Positions 21,965 to 23,218 of a stretch of 23,218 bases of DNA are shown here, in pieces. The notes below the pieces were generated by a model, which was not told the origin of the DNA, did not search any database, and was given only the letters and a program-made list of their open reading frames with translations. Both the position numbers and the translations under genes were made by a program. Source of the DNA: Candidatus Sericytochromatia bacterium (lineage in GTDB: Bacteria; Cyanobacteriota; Sericytochromatia; S15B-MN24; UBA4093); the NCBI GenBank assembly GCA_036676495.1, contig JAKFCT010000043.1, positions 1 through 23,218 on the forward strand, given 5' to 3'. The number at the start of each line of letters is the position of its first letter. Within the stretch, counting starts at the first letter, position 1.

Positions 21965-22048
21965 GCGATGTTCCCGCATCCCATGCGGCGCAAGGTTCCC
22001 GATTGGCGTCCCGCCCCCGTCTCAGAAGGCTAAAAGGTAAGATCCACG

Positions 22049-23218
<1,170 letters not shown>

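Overview
A GC-rich bacterial chromosomal segment, about 19 genes. Lipoproteins and a C-terminal-Phe beta-barrel-type protein point to a diderm host. A Terrabacteria-like LepA and cyanobacteria-like DNA motifs tentatively suggest a non-photosynthetic relative of Cyanobacteria such as Sericytochromatia; this is an inference. Recognisable genes: an MFS transporter, tRNA-Thr(GGT) and tRNA-Tyr(GTA), a MazG-like pyrophosphatase, an S8 lipoprotein protease, an MDR-family oxidoreductase, a SAM methyltransferase, a secreted M16 peptidase, doxX, gmk and the 5' part of lepA. Many exported hypothetical proteins lie between them. Most notable: (1) a four-gene envelope operon (CsgG/FlgT-like + beta-barrel fusion, two LPP20-like proteins, a beta-rich lipoprotein) resembling a flagellum-independent FlgO/P/T-type outer-membrane module; (2) a 65-bp promoter template (about 11-bp-periodic TTAA half-sites plus a sigma28-like element) shared by three dispersed genes; (3) doxX with its own promoter bracketed by 39-bp direct repeats; (4) an MFS gene that appears to need a CTG start overlapping the upstream stop. 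All family calls come from motif recognition by eye; no searches were run.
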